Of a stretch of DNA of 64,000 nt, positions 17,707 through 27,945 are shown in pieces. The stretch spans positions 62,001-126,000 of IMG/VR virus record IMGVR_UViG_3300035698_029839. One strand, written 5' to 3'. Numbering within the stretch: position 1 is the first letter of the stretch; every line of letters begins with the position of its first letter. The notes under the pieces are model-generated. The model saw only the letters and a list, made by a program, of their open reading frames with translations. It was not told the DNA's origin and ran no database searches. The translations under genes and the position numbers were made by a program.

Positions 17707-18509
17707 TGAAATATAATTTATCGTTTGAAGATCTTATGGATTTATGCTCTAAAAAGATAATGGCCAAAGTGCCTAAAGTTCCAGGACCTATGAAGGGAGC
17801 TTTTAATGGTGGAGATTATTTAGGAAGACCAGGAAAAGATGTATATTTTGCTTTGCCTCGATTAGATGATGGTCAAATTAATAAGGTAATTGAGCAACTA
17901 AGCTTGAGGTTTCCCTATGATCCTCCAGTTAATCATGTTGGTTATGCTGGTTGTATTAGGTATATATACGGGCAATTTGAAAAACAGGGTATTCTACGTT
18001 CAGAAGAAGATCTTAAAAGAATGCAAAGAGAAGATATAAATTGGAGTATTCCAAGAAAATTTATGTTTTCTCTTAGAGATAAATTTGAAGAGCAAAAAAA
18101 TTATTATGGTTTGTGTCTATTTTATGAAATGGAAGCTCACAGGTTGGGAGATGAATCTTTTATTAATAATGATAAGGATAAAAGAGAAGAGATGGAAAAA
18201 TATTATTTAAAATCTGTGGAGTGTGCTTCTAAATGTAATAGTTTAAAACAGTTATTTACTCCTTATTTTTGGAGTTTTAAATATTATAATAGAATGGGGA
18301 ATCATAGTAAGGCATTGGAATATGTCTTAAAGACGTTAGAAGGAATGGAAAAATATTGTGAAAGTCCTAGACAGGGTTATTTAGTAAAAGCTATGGATTG
18401 TGCTAAATATATGAAAAAAAATCATCCTAAAAAGTGGAAAGAAACGTTGTTATATTATAGAAAAAATGGGAAAAATGATTGTATAAAGAAAATGGTTAAA
18501 AAATGTTAG
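17706..18509 (+). CDS. Hypothetical helical (TPR-like C-terminus) protein
   Basis: TAATG coupling; pattern A..YYLKSVECA...ALEYVLKTLE. Confidence 0.6.
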   Translation: MKYNLSFEDLMDLCSKKIMAKVPKVPGPMKGAFNGGDYLGRPGKDVYFALPRLDDGQINKVIEQLSLRFPYDPPVNHVGYAGCIRYIYGQFEKQGILRSEEDLKRMQREDINWSIPRKFMFSLRDKFEEQKNYYGLCLFYEMEAHRLGDESFINNDKDKREEMEKYYLKSVECASKCNSLKQLFTPYFWSFKYYNRMGNHSKALEYVLKTLEGMEKYCESPRQGYLVKAMDCAKYMKKNHPKKWKETLLYYRKNGKNDCIKKMVKKC

Positions 18510-18551
18510 AAAGTAAATGAGAAAAATTATAAAACAGAAAGGATATATCTT

Positions 18552-19115
18552 ATGTGTAGGAAAAATTGTATTGATTTTTGTTATAAAAATGTAATAAAAG
18601 AAGATATTTTTAACAAAAGAGTTTTGGAGGTTGGTTCTTTTGATATTAATGGGTCTGTTCAAGAATCTATAAAAGGGTTGGGTCCTAAAGAGTATATAGG
18701 TGTTGATATTATAGAAGGTAAGGGAGTGGATCTTGTGTGTGATGCTTGTGATATTCTTGATAAATGGGGAGCTGCTGCATTTGATATTTTAATATCTACT
18801 GAAATGTTGGAGCATGTAGAAGATTGGAAAAAAATAATTCATAATTTTAAAAATATAGTTGTGCCTGGGGGTATGATTTTCATAACAACTCGTTCTTATG
18901 GTTGTAAACGTCATGATCATCCTAATGATTTTTGGAGGTATGAGGTTGACGATATGGAAAGAATATTTTCAGACTTTATTGTAAATAAAATAGTTTCAGA
19001 TCCTATTCGTCCAGGGGTATTTGTTAAAGCCACAAAACCAGATAATTTTACAGAAAACGATCTTTCAAATCATGTTTTATACAGTATGGAAGGAAAGAAA
19101 AAAAGAGAAAAATGA
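18552..19115 (+). CDS. Class I SAM-dependent methyltransferase (Methyltransf_11-like)
   Basis: VLEVGSFDINGS, YIGVD, STEMLEHV and HDHPNDFWRY motifs. Confidence 0.88.
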   Translation: MCRKNCIDFCYKNVIKEDIFNKRVLEVGSFDINGSVQESIKGLGPKEYIGVDIIEGKGVDLVCDACDILDKWGAAAFDILISTEMLEHVEDWKKIIHNFKNIVVPGGMIFITTRSYGCKRHDHPNDFWRYEVDDMERIFSDFIVNKIVSDPIRPGVFVKATKPDNFTENDLSNHVLYSMEGKKKREK

Positions 19116-19786
19116 TAGATATTATAACAACAGCTACAATTCGTCCTAATTTATTTTATCAAACTCTTAAATCTTTTACTGATAATTTATTTACTAATAA
19201 AAAAGAGTATCGTTTGATTTTAAATATAGATCCTATAGGAGAAGATGTTGATCCTATAGAGATGGTAAAAGTAGGAAAGCAGTTTTTTGATAATGTGGTT
19301 TATAATATTCCTGATAAACCTAATTTTGCACAAGCTTGTAAATGGTGCTGGGGGAAAACTTCTTCTGAATTTGTTTTTCATTTGGAGGATGATTGGACTT
19401 TATCAAGGAAGATACTTATTGGAAATCTTGTGTCTTTAATGAGAGATAATCCTATAATGATGTCTTTAAGATTACCAAAATTAAATCTTAAAAGTTTAAA
19501 AAAAGAAGATAATAAAAATAATTTTATAAAACATCATAAACTTTTGTTGAATCCAGTTATGTTTAGAGGTGATTTTATTAGAAGTATAGCGGGGTGTATG
19601 AATATTATTGATAATCCAGAAAAGCAGTTAAGAAAAGTTTTTAAATTAGATAGTGATAAAATAGCAGGTATTTATTGTGGTATAGGTAGTGGAGAATATA
19701 TTAAACATCATGGCAGAAAGTGGCAAAAAACAAGTAGTTATAAGAAGGTTAAAGGATCTAATTTTATAACATGGGAGAAAAGGTAA
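19112..19786 (+). CDS. GT2-like glycosyltransferase
   Basis: IITTATIRP, LNIDP and VFHLEDDW motifs. Confidence 0.7.
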   Translation: MIDIITTATIRPNLFYQTLKSFTDNLFTNKKEYRLILNIDPIGEDVDPIEMVKVGKQFFDNVVYNIPDKPNFAQACKWCWGKTSSEFVFHLEDDWTLSRKILIGNLVSLMRDNPIMMSLRLPKLNLKSLKKEDNKNNFIKHHKLLLNPVMFRGDFIRSIAGCMNIIDNPEKQLRKVFKLDSDKIAGIYCGIGSGEYIKHHGRKWQKTSSYKKVKGSNFITWEKR

Positions 19787-19789
19787 AGA

Positions 19790-20704
19790 ATGAAAATTTG
19801 TGTATTAGAAGATTATAATCAAGAAAGAAGTGGAAAACATAAGTTCTTAAACAGATTAGTTAGATGTTTTAAGAATAAGGGGGTTAAGGTAGTAGATAAT
19901 AACTCTGATATATTGCTTCATATAGGTAGGGATCATAAGAAGATGAAGAAGATTAGTACTAGAAAAGTTGTAATGAGGATAGATGGGCTTATTCTTAATA
20001 AATCTGCAAAGCATGAAGAAAGTAATAGAAAAATAATTAAGTACATAGGTAGGAGTGATGCTATTATTTATCAGGGAGTTTTTTGCAAAAATGCTTATGA
20101 AAAATTTTTAAATGTTGATAAGAAGAATACATGTATTCATAATGGAGCATATCCTAATGAGTTTCTTAAAAGGGATGTTAAGAATTATTATTTAACTTGT
20201 TGTAAATGGAGACCTCACAAAAGATTAAGAAATGTGTGCGAAGGATTTATTTATGCATATGATAAGGGATTGGATTCTATCTTATATGTTGGTGGGAAGG
20301 TGAACGATAAAGATAAAATAAAACATCCTAAAATTAAATATCTTGGATGGAAGACAACAGAGGAAATGAAAGCGTATTTTGCAGGAGCAATAGCATCTAT
20401 TCATTTATCTTGGTTGGATTGGTGTCCTAATGCTATGGTTGAATCCATTGTAGCAGGATGCCCTATTATTTATTCTGACTCTGGAGGATCTCCAGAAATT
20501 GGCAAGTTTGGTGGAGTACCTATAAGGGATGTCCAATGGGATTTTAAAGCATTGGAGCTTTATGATCCTCCTAAATTAGATTTAGAAGAAATTTCTAATG
20601 CTCTGTTTTATGTTAAGAATAATAATGTAGAAGTTGATGGAAATTATTTACATATAGATTATATAGCAGATAAGTATATTGAATTTTTTAAGGAAGTATT
20701 ATGA
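19790..20704 (+). CDS. GT4 glycosyltransferase (paralogue of 12918)
   Basis: MRIDG, IIYQG and DWCPNAMVESIVAGCPII motifs. Confidence 0.85.
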   Translation: MKICVLEDYNQERSGKHKFLNRLVRCFKNKGVKVVDNNSDILLHIGRDHKKMKKISTRKVVMRIDGLILNKSAKHEESNRKIIKYIGRSDAIIYQGVFCKNAYEKFLNVDKKNTCIHNGAYPNEFLKRDVKNYYLTCCKWRPHKRLRNVCEGFIYAYDKGLDSILYVGGKVNDKDKIKHPKIKYLGWKTTEEMKAYFAGAIASIHLSWLDWCPNAMVESIVAGCPIIYSDSGGSPEIGKFGGVPIRDVQWDFKALELYDPPKLDLEEISNALFYVKNNNVEVDGNYLHIDYIADKYIEFFKEVL

Positions 20705-21363
20705 AAAGTGAATTAGATATTTTAGCTAGTAAATTCGGCACTGATAAATGTAGTTTAAAACATAATTATGTTAAATGGTACGAATGGTATTTTGGACATA
20801 TTCAAAATAAAAAAATGAATATATTAGAGATAGGTATTCAAAAAGGATATTCGTTGTTGACATGGAATGAATATTTTAAAAATAGCAAAATCTTTGGCAT
20901 AGATAGAAAAAAACGTAGTGGATATAATAAAAAATTAAAAATAAATGGAATACAGTTTTTTATAGGAGATGGATCTGATTCTAATTTTTTATCAACAGTT
21001 TTATCCAGTGTCGAAGGAGGTTTTGATATTATTATAGATGATGCTAGTCATAATCCTGCTCATCAGATAGATAGTTTTAAATACTTATTTCCTAATTTGA
21101 ATCATGGAGGTATCTATGTTATTGAGGATCTCCAGACATCTTATTTTGATGAGTATGTTTCTTCAGGTATCTCTGCTGTTGATTATTTTAAAAGTCTAGT
21201 GGATGATATTAATTTTAATGGCAAAAATAGATATTATCAGAATTTTGATACTATAGAAAAGGAAAAAATAAAAGAAGCAACGGAATATGAAAAAAATGTA
21301 GAGTCTATTCATTTTCATATGGGTATATGTTTTATTTTCAAAAGGAATTGTAATGCTAAGTAG
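20701..21363 (+). CDS. Class I sugar O-methyltransferase (MycE-like core), copy 1
   Basis: FGTDK, ILEIGI, FDIIIDDASH and GGIYVIEDLQTSY motifs. Confidence 0.85.
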   Translation: MKSELDILASKFGTDKCSLKHNYVKWYEWYFGHIQNKKMNILEIGIQKGYSLLTWNEYFKNSKIFGIDRKKRSGYNKKLKINGIQFFIGDGSDSNFLSTVLSSVEGGFDIIIDDASHNPAHQIDSFKYLFPNLNHGGIYVIEDLQTSYFDEYVSSGISAVDYFKSLVDDINFNGKNRYYQNFDTIEKEKIKEATEYEKNVESIHFHMGICFIFKRNCNAK

Positions 21364-21832
21364 ATTTGATATAATTTCATCAGATTTGTTTTTTTATCGT
21401 TATAAGCCAGATATGGAATATTATTATGAAAAATATTGGGGAAAAGATGGTAATTTTTTATATATCAAGAACCACCCATTGGCTATATTTGCATCTGATT
21501 ATGTAAAGTACGGTAAAGAAATATTAAATAATTTAGATAATCATATTTTTATAAGATATGAATATGATAGGTATTCTAGTGCAGAGACTGTTAAAAATGA
21601 CACTCATAAATATAATGCTTCAAAGAGAATTATGGATATGGTTGATTCTATAAGGAAGTATGGTTATTGTTCTGGGAAATATGATAAATCAAAACATTTG
21701 ATAAGAGTTATTAAAACTGTCGATAAAAGATATATACAAGGGAAAGAGGTATATGTTTTAAAAACTAGAAAGCATAGAGCATCAGCATGTTGTGCTTTAG
21801 GCATAAAAAATATAAAAGTTAAAGTTGTTTAA
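21353..21832 (+). CDS. ParB/Srx-like domain protein (degenerate motif)
   Basis: DSIRKYGY...RKHRASACCALGIKNIKV; similar to 53723. Confidence 0.5.
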   Translation: MLSRFDIISSDLFFYRYKPDMEYYYEKYWGKDGNFLYIKNHPLAIFASDYVKYGKEILNNLDNHIFIRYEYDRYSSAETVKNDTHKYNASKRIMDMVDSIRKYGYCSGKYDKSKHLIRVIKTVDKRYIQGKEVYVLKTRKHRASACCALGIKNIKVKVV

Positions 21833-22971
21833 TGAAAAGAATATTATTAATAGCTACCATTTATAGAGTTGGCGAAAAAATATATCCCATTATAGAGGGT
21901 TTATCTAAAGAGTTTGAAATAGATGTTCTACATATGTTCCAGATGAGTCCTGATACAAAATTGCCTAAAGAAGGAGATTATAGGAAGTTATTTCAATCCA
22001 AATATAGTGATTATATTTGTAACCAATATTATGGACCATGCTTTATAAAAACTGGTGATATAGATGGAGAAAGATCAAGAAATTTCTTAAAAAGTTTTGA
22101 GAATATTGTAAAGAATAATAATTATTCTCTTGCTATATGGGATAATAATCAACCTACAAAGGGAGGGGCAATTTCAGAATTCTATCAAATGCTTTCAAAA
22201 TACAATATAAAAGTTATAGCTTCTCCTCATGCTAATAAAGATTATAAGAAATATAAATTAAGTAAAAGGATAGGAGCCACATATGATTATTCTTTTGTTT
22301 TTGGTGAAAAAGAAAGATTTAAATTATCTAGGATAAAGAAGAGAACATTATTTAGTGCCGATAAAATATATGAGAGGTTTTTACCTGCTGGTATACCATC
22401 TAATGATGCTCTGAAAAATTACGATAAGCCAGGTAAATACATTTTGATTATACCTAATTTTACTGAGGCTCAACCTAAAAATTCTAGATCAAGACATTCG
22501 AAACCATTTACTAAAGAAGTTTTTTTAAAATTAAAAATTCTTGAATTAAGTAATAAATATGGTTGCCCTATTGTTATTAAGGAAAAACCAAGAGCTTTTT
22601 ATAAAGAATATAAATTTAGAGATGTATTGAATAAGTATGATAATATAGAATTTTTATATTATTGTGAAGATGATAATAAGCTTATGGCAGATGCTAAAAT
22701 GGTTATTGGGTCTCCTTCAACATTTATGCTCAAACCAATTCAGTTGGGTATACCTACGGTTATTTTAAATGGTCAGGGAGAGATAGGCAATTTTTCTGAT
22801 TATCCTGGTTTGGTAGAACCTTCGTATGAGAATATTTTAAGATCTATTAAATTTCAAATGGATAATGGTAGATTTGATGATTATATTAAGAGGACTTTAT
22901 CGGGAGGATTAGATTTTACATCTACTAATTTATATGTTAATAATATAAGGAATTTAGTTTATGAGAAATGA
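21832..22971 (+). CDS. GT-B-fold transferase-like protein, copy 1
   Basis: ASPH, PAGIPSND, ILIIPNF and DDNKL.ADAKMVI..PST...KPIQLG motifs. Confidence 0.6.
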   Translation: MKRILLIATIYRVGEKIYPIIEGLSKEFEIDVLHMFQMSPDTKLPKEGDYRKLFQSKYSDYICNQYYGPCFIKTGDIDGERSRNFLKSFENIVKNNNYSLAIWDNNQPTKGGAISEFYQMLSKYNIKVIASPHANKDYKKYKLSKRIGATYDYSFVFGEKERFKLSRIKKRTLFSADKIYERFLPAGIPSNDALKNYDKPGKYILIIPNFTEAQPKNSRSRHSKPFTKEVFLKLKILELSNKYGCPIVIKEKPRAFYKEYKFRDVLNKYDNIEFLYYCEDDNKLMADAKMVIGSPSTFMLKPIQLGIPTVILNGQGEIGNFSDYPGLVEPSYENILRSIKFQMDNGRFDDYIKRTLSGGLDFTSTNLYVNNIRNLVYEK

Positions 22972-23605
22972 ATTAGATTTATTTGCTCAAAAATACGGAA
23001 CAGATAAGCGTAGCTCAAAACATTATTATACCAAATGGTATAATAATTATTTTAGAGATTTACGTGATAAAAAAATAAATATACTTGAAATAGGTATTAA
23101 AAAAGGAGCATCTGTTTTGATGTGGAGGGATTATTTTAAAAATGGTAATGTGTTTGGGATAGATATAGAGGATCATAAAAGTTATAGTCGTAAGTTAAAA
23201 GGCATAAAGTGCTTTATAGGAGATGCTTCTGATGATTCTTTTTTATCTAAAGTTGAGTCTAAAGTTGCAGGTGGTTTTGACATTATTATAGATGACGCTA
23301 GTCATGAACCCTCTCATCAGATATCTGGGTTTGAGTGTTTGTTTTCTAAGCTCAATAAAGGTGGAATTTATGTTGTAGAAGATTTGCATACATCTTATGA
23401 AAATAAGGATATATCTTCTTATATTAATGCTGTTGATTATTTTAAAAGACTTGTAGATGAAGTTAATTTTAATGGTAAGAATAAATATCAAAATTTTAAT
23501 AGGATTAAAGAAGAGATTATGAAAGAATCAACATATTATGAAAGAACAATAGAATCTATATGCTTTCATATGGGCATATGTTTTATTTTTAAGAGGAAAG
23601 TATAA
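22961..23605 (+). CDS. Class I sugar O-methyltransferase, copy 2 (paralogue of 20701)
   Basis: YGTDK, ILEIGI, FDIIIDDASH and GGIYVVEDL motifs. Confidence 0.85.
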   Translation: MRNELDLFAQKYGTDKRSSKHYYTKWYNNYFRDLRDKKINILEIGIKKGASVLMWRDYFKNGNVFGIDIEDHKSYSRKLKGIKCFIGDASDDSFLSKVESKVAGGFDIIIDDASHEPSHQISGFECLFSKLNKGGIYVVEDLHTSYENKDISSYINAVDYFKRLVDEVNFNGKNKYQNFNRIKEEIMKESTYYERTIESICFHMGICFIFKRKV

Positions 23606-24765
23606 TGAAAAAAAATATATTATTTATTACTACCACATACTTAACTGGGGAAAAAATATATCCTATTATACCAGTATTAAGTAAAATACATAATATTGAA
23701 GTTTTGAATTTATATAGTATGTCAAAACATACTGATTGGTCATTTGATTATGATCCGAGACAACGTTTTTATAATATGTGTGATAATTTAAATATAAAAA
23801 TGACGGATGGCCCATCTGTTTGTAGTGATAAATCTGTTGATATAAAAAAATATTCTGAATTTTTTGATAATTTTGAAAAAGTTTTAAGTAGTAATTATGA
23901 TTTAGTTATTATAGATAATAACTGGAAAGACAAACATATGGGGTGGAAGAGAATGTCCCAGTATTTTTCACAAAATAAGATACCCATTATTGCCAGTCCG
24001 CATGGTAATACTGGGGATAAAACTAATAGATTGCTGAAGAGGATGGGTTATCTTTTTGATTTTTCTTTTATATTTGGAGAAAGAAGAAAAGAAAATGTAA
24101 TTAGATATGAAAAAAGTATCTCTCAAGAGAATCTTTATAAAATAGATAGGATGTTTCCAGCAGGTATTCCATCTAATGACAAGTTAAAAGAATATGAACG
24201 AGGTAATAAATATATACTGATAATTCCTAATTTTACGATGCCTCCACCTAAGCATGGTAAAAATAAAAAATGGAATTGGAAACAATTTACAGTGGAGTTG
24301 TTTGATGAATTAAAAATACATAAATTAAGTGAAGATAATAATTGCCCAATTGTTATAAAACGAAAACATAGATTATTTTATAAAACAGGATTATTAGAGT
24401 CATCTTTTAAAAAATATAAAAAAATAGTTAAAATTATAGATGTTTGTGAAGATGACAATAAATTAATAGCAGATGCTAAAATGGTTATTAGCGCTCCTTC
24501 CACTATGTCTTTTAAGCCTATCCAATTGGGAGTACCTACTGTTTTATTAAGGGGTCATGGTCAGATCGGAGATTTTAGTAATTATCCTGGATTAATAGAT
24601 CCATCTTATGATAAAATTAAAAGGTCTCTTGAGCAACAGAAAGAACAGGGGAGAAATGTTGAATTTATTGCTGAAACTTTATCTGGGGGGGTGGAATATA
24701 ATTCTATACAGATACATATGGAATATATTAACAAGATTTTAACAGGAGAAATAAAGTGTCATTAA
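23605..24765 (+). CDS. GT-B-fold transferase-like protein, copy 2 (paralogue of 21832)
   Basis: Same motifs as 21832. Confidence 0.6.
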   Translation: MKKNILFITTTYLTGEKIYPIIPVLSKIHNIEVLNLYSMSKHTDWSFDYDPRQRFYNMCDNLNIKMTDGPSVCSDKSVDIKKYSEFFDNFEKVLSSNYDLVIIDNNWKDKHMGWKRMSQYFSQNKIPIIASPHGNTGDKTNRLLKRMGYLFDFSFIFGERRKENVIRYEKSISQENLYKIDRMFPAGIPSNDKLKEYERGNKYILIIPNFTMPPPKHGKNKKWNWKQFTVELFDELKIHKLSEDNNCPIVIKRKHRLFYKTGLLESSFKKYKKIVKIIDVCEDDNKLIADAKMVISAPSTMSFKPIQLGVPTVLLRGHGQIGDFSNYPGLIDPSYDKIKRSLEQQKEQGRNVEFIAETLSGGVEYNSIQIHMEYINKILTGEIKCH

Positions 24766-25292
24766 AATTACATCTTGGTTGCGGAGATAAACATATAGAT
24801 GGATATATTAATATTGATATCCGACCAATGGAAGAAGTTGATAAAGTTGATAATATAAAATATTTACGTTCATTTCAGAAAGATAGCGTTGACGTTATTT
24901 ATTCTGCTTCTGTTTTAGAGCATTTTATAAGATGGGAATATAAAAATGCTTTAAGAAGGTGGTACGAGATATTAAAGCTAGGAGGGATATTGAGATTAGG
25001 GGTTCCTGATTTTGAGGCTATTATAAAATATTATCAAAAAACAAATGATTTAGATGCAGTAATGGGATTATTGTATGGAGGTCAAGATTATGATCAAAAT
25101 TTTCATTATGTTTGTTGGGATTTTTATAGATTGAGCAATGACTTAAAAGAAGTTGGTTTTAAAAATATAAAGAGATATGATTGGAGAGATACAGAGCATT
25201 CAAATGTGGATGATTTTAGTCAATGTTATTTACCCCATATGGATAAAGATAATGGCATGTTGATGCACTTAAATGTAGAGGCAATTAAGTAA
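24756..25292 (+). CDS. Class I methyltransferase (Methyltransf_11-like)
   Basis: LHLGCG...GYINIDI, SVLEHF and GGILRLGVPDF motifs. Confidence 0.88.
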   Translation: MSLKLHLGCGDKHIDGYINIDIRPMEEVDKVDNIKYLRSFQKDSVDVIYSASVLEHFIRWEYKNALRRWYEILKLGGILRLGVPDFEAIIKYYQKTNDLDAVMGLLYGGQDYDQNFHYVCWDFYRLSNDLKEVGFKNIKRYDWRDTEHSNVDDFSQCYLPHMDKDNGMLMHLNVEAIK

Positions 25293-26272
25293 TGAGTCAA
25301 ATTGGTATTTTATTAACTAGTCGTAATAATTATGATTTTATGGAAAAGTTCTGGGTGCCCAATACTATGGGTAAATGTGACGTGAATTGTAAAGTTTTAA
25401 ATATAGATGAAGGTTCAAGTCTAGATGAAAAAGCTAAGGGCAAAATTTTATGTGAAAAATATGGTATAGATTACATGGATCGCGAAGAGCCAGGTATGCA
25501 TCATAATGTCTCTTCGGCTATACGTTTTTTTGGTGAGGAAGTTAAATATATAATATGGTTTCAACATGATTGTTGGCCTTTGCAAAGAGATTTTTTTACG
25601 AGATTTAACAGTATTGTTAATAGTGGCAAATTAGATGTTTTTGGGACTATTGGTTTTAATAGTCTTGCTCAAAATATGTTTAAAAGAAATAATGAGCATG
25701 AAGATATTATTATGGAATTTAAAGAAGAGAAAAAACCTATCGGAGTAATATCTAGGAGTGTTTTAGAAAGTGCTGGAGGAAGAGATCTTTATTATTGTGG
25801 GAAGAAAGTGGGCAAGAGAATACGATATCCTGTTGATAGGGATAAATTTTCTAAGCCATGTGCTATAGCTGTTCCAGTGTGGTATGCTATATCTGTGAAT
25901 GCTTCTTTATTTAAAAAAGAGATAGAGTTGGATAGAGGTATGCATTTTTTTAGATCTTGGGACGATATATCTTTTCAGTTTTTAAATAAAAATATATACA
26001 ATATAGTTCTTCCAGATTTTTATATAGAGCATAGACCAGATCTAAAAAGAGTTATTGGCCTGCCGCAACTGTCCGTTAAAAGAGTGAAAAAAGATGATAC
26101 CTATCATTCGGCAATTGGGTCAGGTCCAGAAGCATGGATAAAGGTATGGGGCTGGAATTTTGAAAAACCATCTACTTTTGAGAATGTTAAAAAAAGGTAC
26201 AAAGGAACTTTGCTAGAAAAATTCTATAAATATGATTATACAGCAGGCCCTTTGAAGATTTTTAATTTATAA
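25292..26272 (+). CDS. GT2-like glycosyltransferase
   Basis: ILLTSRN, LNIDEGS, WFQHDCW and SWDDISF motifs. Confidence 0.65.
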   Translation: MSQIGILLTSRNNYDFMEKFWVPNTMGKCDVNCKVLNIDEGSSLDEKAKGKILCEKYGIDYMDREEPGMHHNVSSAIRFFGEEVKYIIWFQHDCWPLQRDFFTRFNSIVNSGKLDVFGTIGFNSLAQNMFKRNNEHEDIIMEFKEEKKPIGVISRSVLESAGGRDLYYCGKKVGKRIRYPVDRDKFSKPCAIAVPVWYAISVNASLFKKEIELDRGMHFFRSWDDISFQFLNKNIYNIVLPDFYIEHRPDLKRVIGLPQLSVKRVKKDDTYHSAIGSGPEAWIKVWGWNFEKPSTFENVKKRYKGTLLEKFYKYDYTAGPLKIFNL

Positions 26273-26890
26273 TTTATCTCTCCATCCGCTAATCATTTTT
26301 TTAGGATCGAAGAGGATACCTAATCCATTATTATAAGCGCATTCTGCGTATCTGAACTGAGGGTATTCTTTTTGAAATCTTTCAATCCCCTCCCGTAGTC
26401 TGGCTTTTTTAAGAATAACATCATGCATTAATATCATACTTGTGGGTTTTATTTTTTTATGCCATAGTGACAGTTCTTTAAAAATCATATCTGGTTTATG
26501 TTTTGTATCTATGAATAAGATATCAATTGATTCGTCTTCCCAGTCCTTATATACTTCTCGACTGTCTCCTATTTTAAAATCCCAAAAATCGTAAGATCTG
26601 CATTCTGGGAGTCTTTTTAGTATTCCCCATCCTTTAAAATAGCTATCAGGTTGTATTTCTTTTATATCATAGCTATAAAGTTTTCCATCTGGTATGTAGG
26701 ATGTTGCTGTTAGAAAAGCTTGTGTAGACAAACCAGCTCTAACTCCTAATTCGACAATAGTTTTTGCTTGTTTAGAAATACATAGATCAAAAAGTAATGG
26801 AAGATGTTCACAGATATCTGTTTCTATATCTATATTTGATAGAGCTATTAAATTGTCCATCAGTTTTTTTTGTAATTCTTTTGTTTTCAT
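26267..26890 (-). CDS. Class I methyltransferase (Methyltransf_24-like)
   Basis: IVELGVRAGLST, IDILFIDTKH, ILMHD and NNGLG motifs. Confidence 0.85.
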   Translation of the reverse strand: MKTKELQKKLMDNLIALSNIDIETDICEHLPLLFDLCISKQAKTIVELGVRAGLSTQAFLTATSYIPDGKLYSYDIKEIQPDSYFKGWGILKRLPECRSYDFWDFKIGDSREVYKDWEDESIDILFIDTKHKPDMIFKELSLWHKKIKPTSMILMHDVILKKARLREGIERFQKEYPQFRYAECAYNNGLGILFDPKKMISGWRDKL

Positions 26891-26902
26891 TATTTGTTCC
26901 TT

Positions 26903-27943
26903 TTATAAAAAGTTGATATGATTTTTTTCTTTTTTAATGTTCCATAATATTGTGTTAAAAGTATCAGCCCTACACAGTAGGGGGCATTCTTTTAATTTTA
27001 TTTCTGATACAGCTTTTTTTCTTTGTTCTGAGTTCCATATTTCTTTTATTGAATTCTTTTTAATGTCTCCTATTACCATAGATTGTATTCCTCTTCCATG
27101 ACAACAGATATACATTTCTCCAGAAGCAGATATAGTAGTAGCGAATTGATGTCCATAGCATTTATCGTACTGTCTTTTTATATTATTATTGATCATAGCA
27201 TCGTATTTATGTTTGGAGCACAGTATGTTAGTTGTTTCATTTGCCTTTGATAGGAATTGATTGAAATCTATCGGAGTAAAATCTGTTAGGTCTTTTTTGT
27301 TTAGAGGTTTGATAAATGGTCTAAATTGTGCATAATCTACTTCTAATTCTATAGATAAATTTACGAAGTCCATCATATCGTTAAAATTATTTGTACCTAC
27401 ACCAGTTAAATATCCCACTCCTATTGTGCAATCTGATTGAATTCTTTTTTTAGTATCTACTAATGTTTTGATATCTTCTACAACTTTGCTGAAGTCTTTT
27501 GTTCCATGTACTATACGGTGAATTCTTTCTGATCCCGCGTCTAAACTTATTCTTATCCAAGTACAATTAGATAGCAAAGATTCGTTGTTGAAGTTATGCA
27601 ATAGTCCTCCATTTGTGATAAGACCTACGTCCATATTTTTAGATTTTGCATATTTTATAGCTTCTCCAGCATAGGGGTGGCAAAGTGGCTCTCCTCCTCC
27701 TGTAAAGATAATTCCCTTACATCCCATTTCAGAAACTTCTTTTATAGTTTTATTTATTTCGTTTTTAGAGAGTTCTTCTTTTAGAGAAAGATCTCCTCCT
27801 ACACATCCTGGACAGTTATGATTACATTTGTTTGTTAAATCTATTTCTAATGTTATTGCAAAAGGATTTCCTTCTTTATACCACTCATTAACTTCATCTA
27901 AGTGATTTAGTATTTTATCAGATGTGAATTGTTTTGGATTCAT
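26903..27943 (-). CDS. Radical SAM/SPASM-domain protein
   Basis: CNHNCPGC, FTGGGEP and ITNG motifs; C-terminal CYG...ICCH...CPLLC. Confidence 0.92.
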   Translation of the reverse strand: MNPKQFTSDKILNHLDEVNEWYKEGNPFAITLEIDLTNKCNHNCPGCVGGDLSLKEELSKNEINKTIKEVSEMGCKGIIFTGGGEPLCHPYAGEAIKYAKSKNMDVGLITNGGLLHNFNNESLLSNCTWIRISLDAGSERIHRIVHGTKDFSKVVEDIKTLVDTKKRIQSDCTIGVGYLTGVGTNNFNDMMDFVNLSIELEVDYAQFRPFIKPLNKKDLTDFTPIDFNQFLSKANETTNILCSKHKYDAMINNNIKRQYDKCYGHQFATTISASGEMYICCHGRGIQSMVIGDIKKNSIKEIWNSEQRKKAVSEIKLKECPLLCRADTFNTILWNIKKEKNHINFL

Positions 27944-27945
27944 AT

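Noticed and set aside
21832-24765. GT-B pair as NeuC UDP-GlcNAc 2-epimerases completing a sialic acid pathway
   Set aside because: The GDRxE and H..GG epimerase motifs are absent
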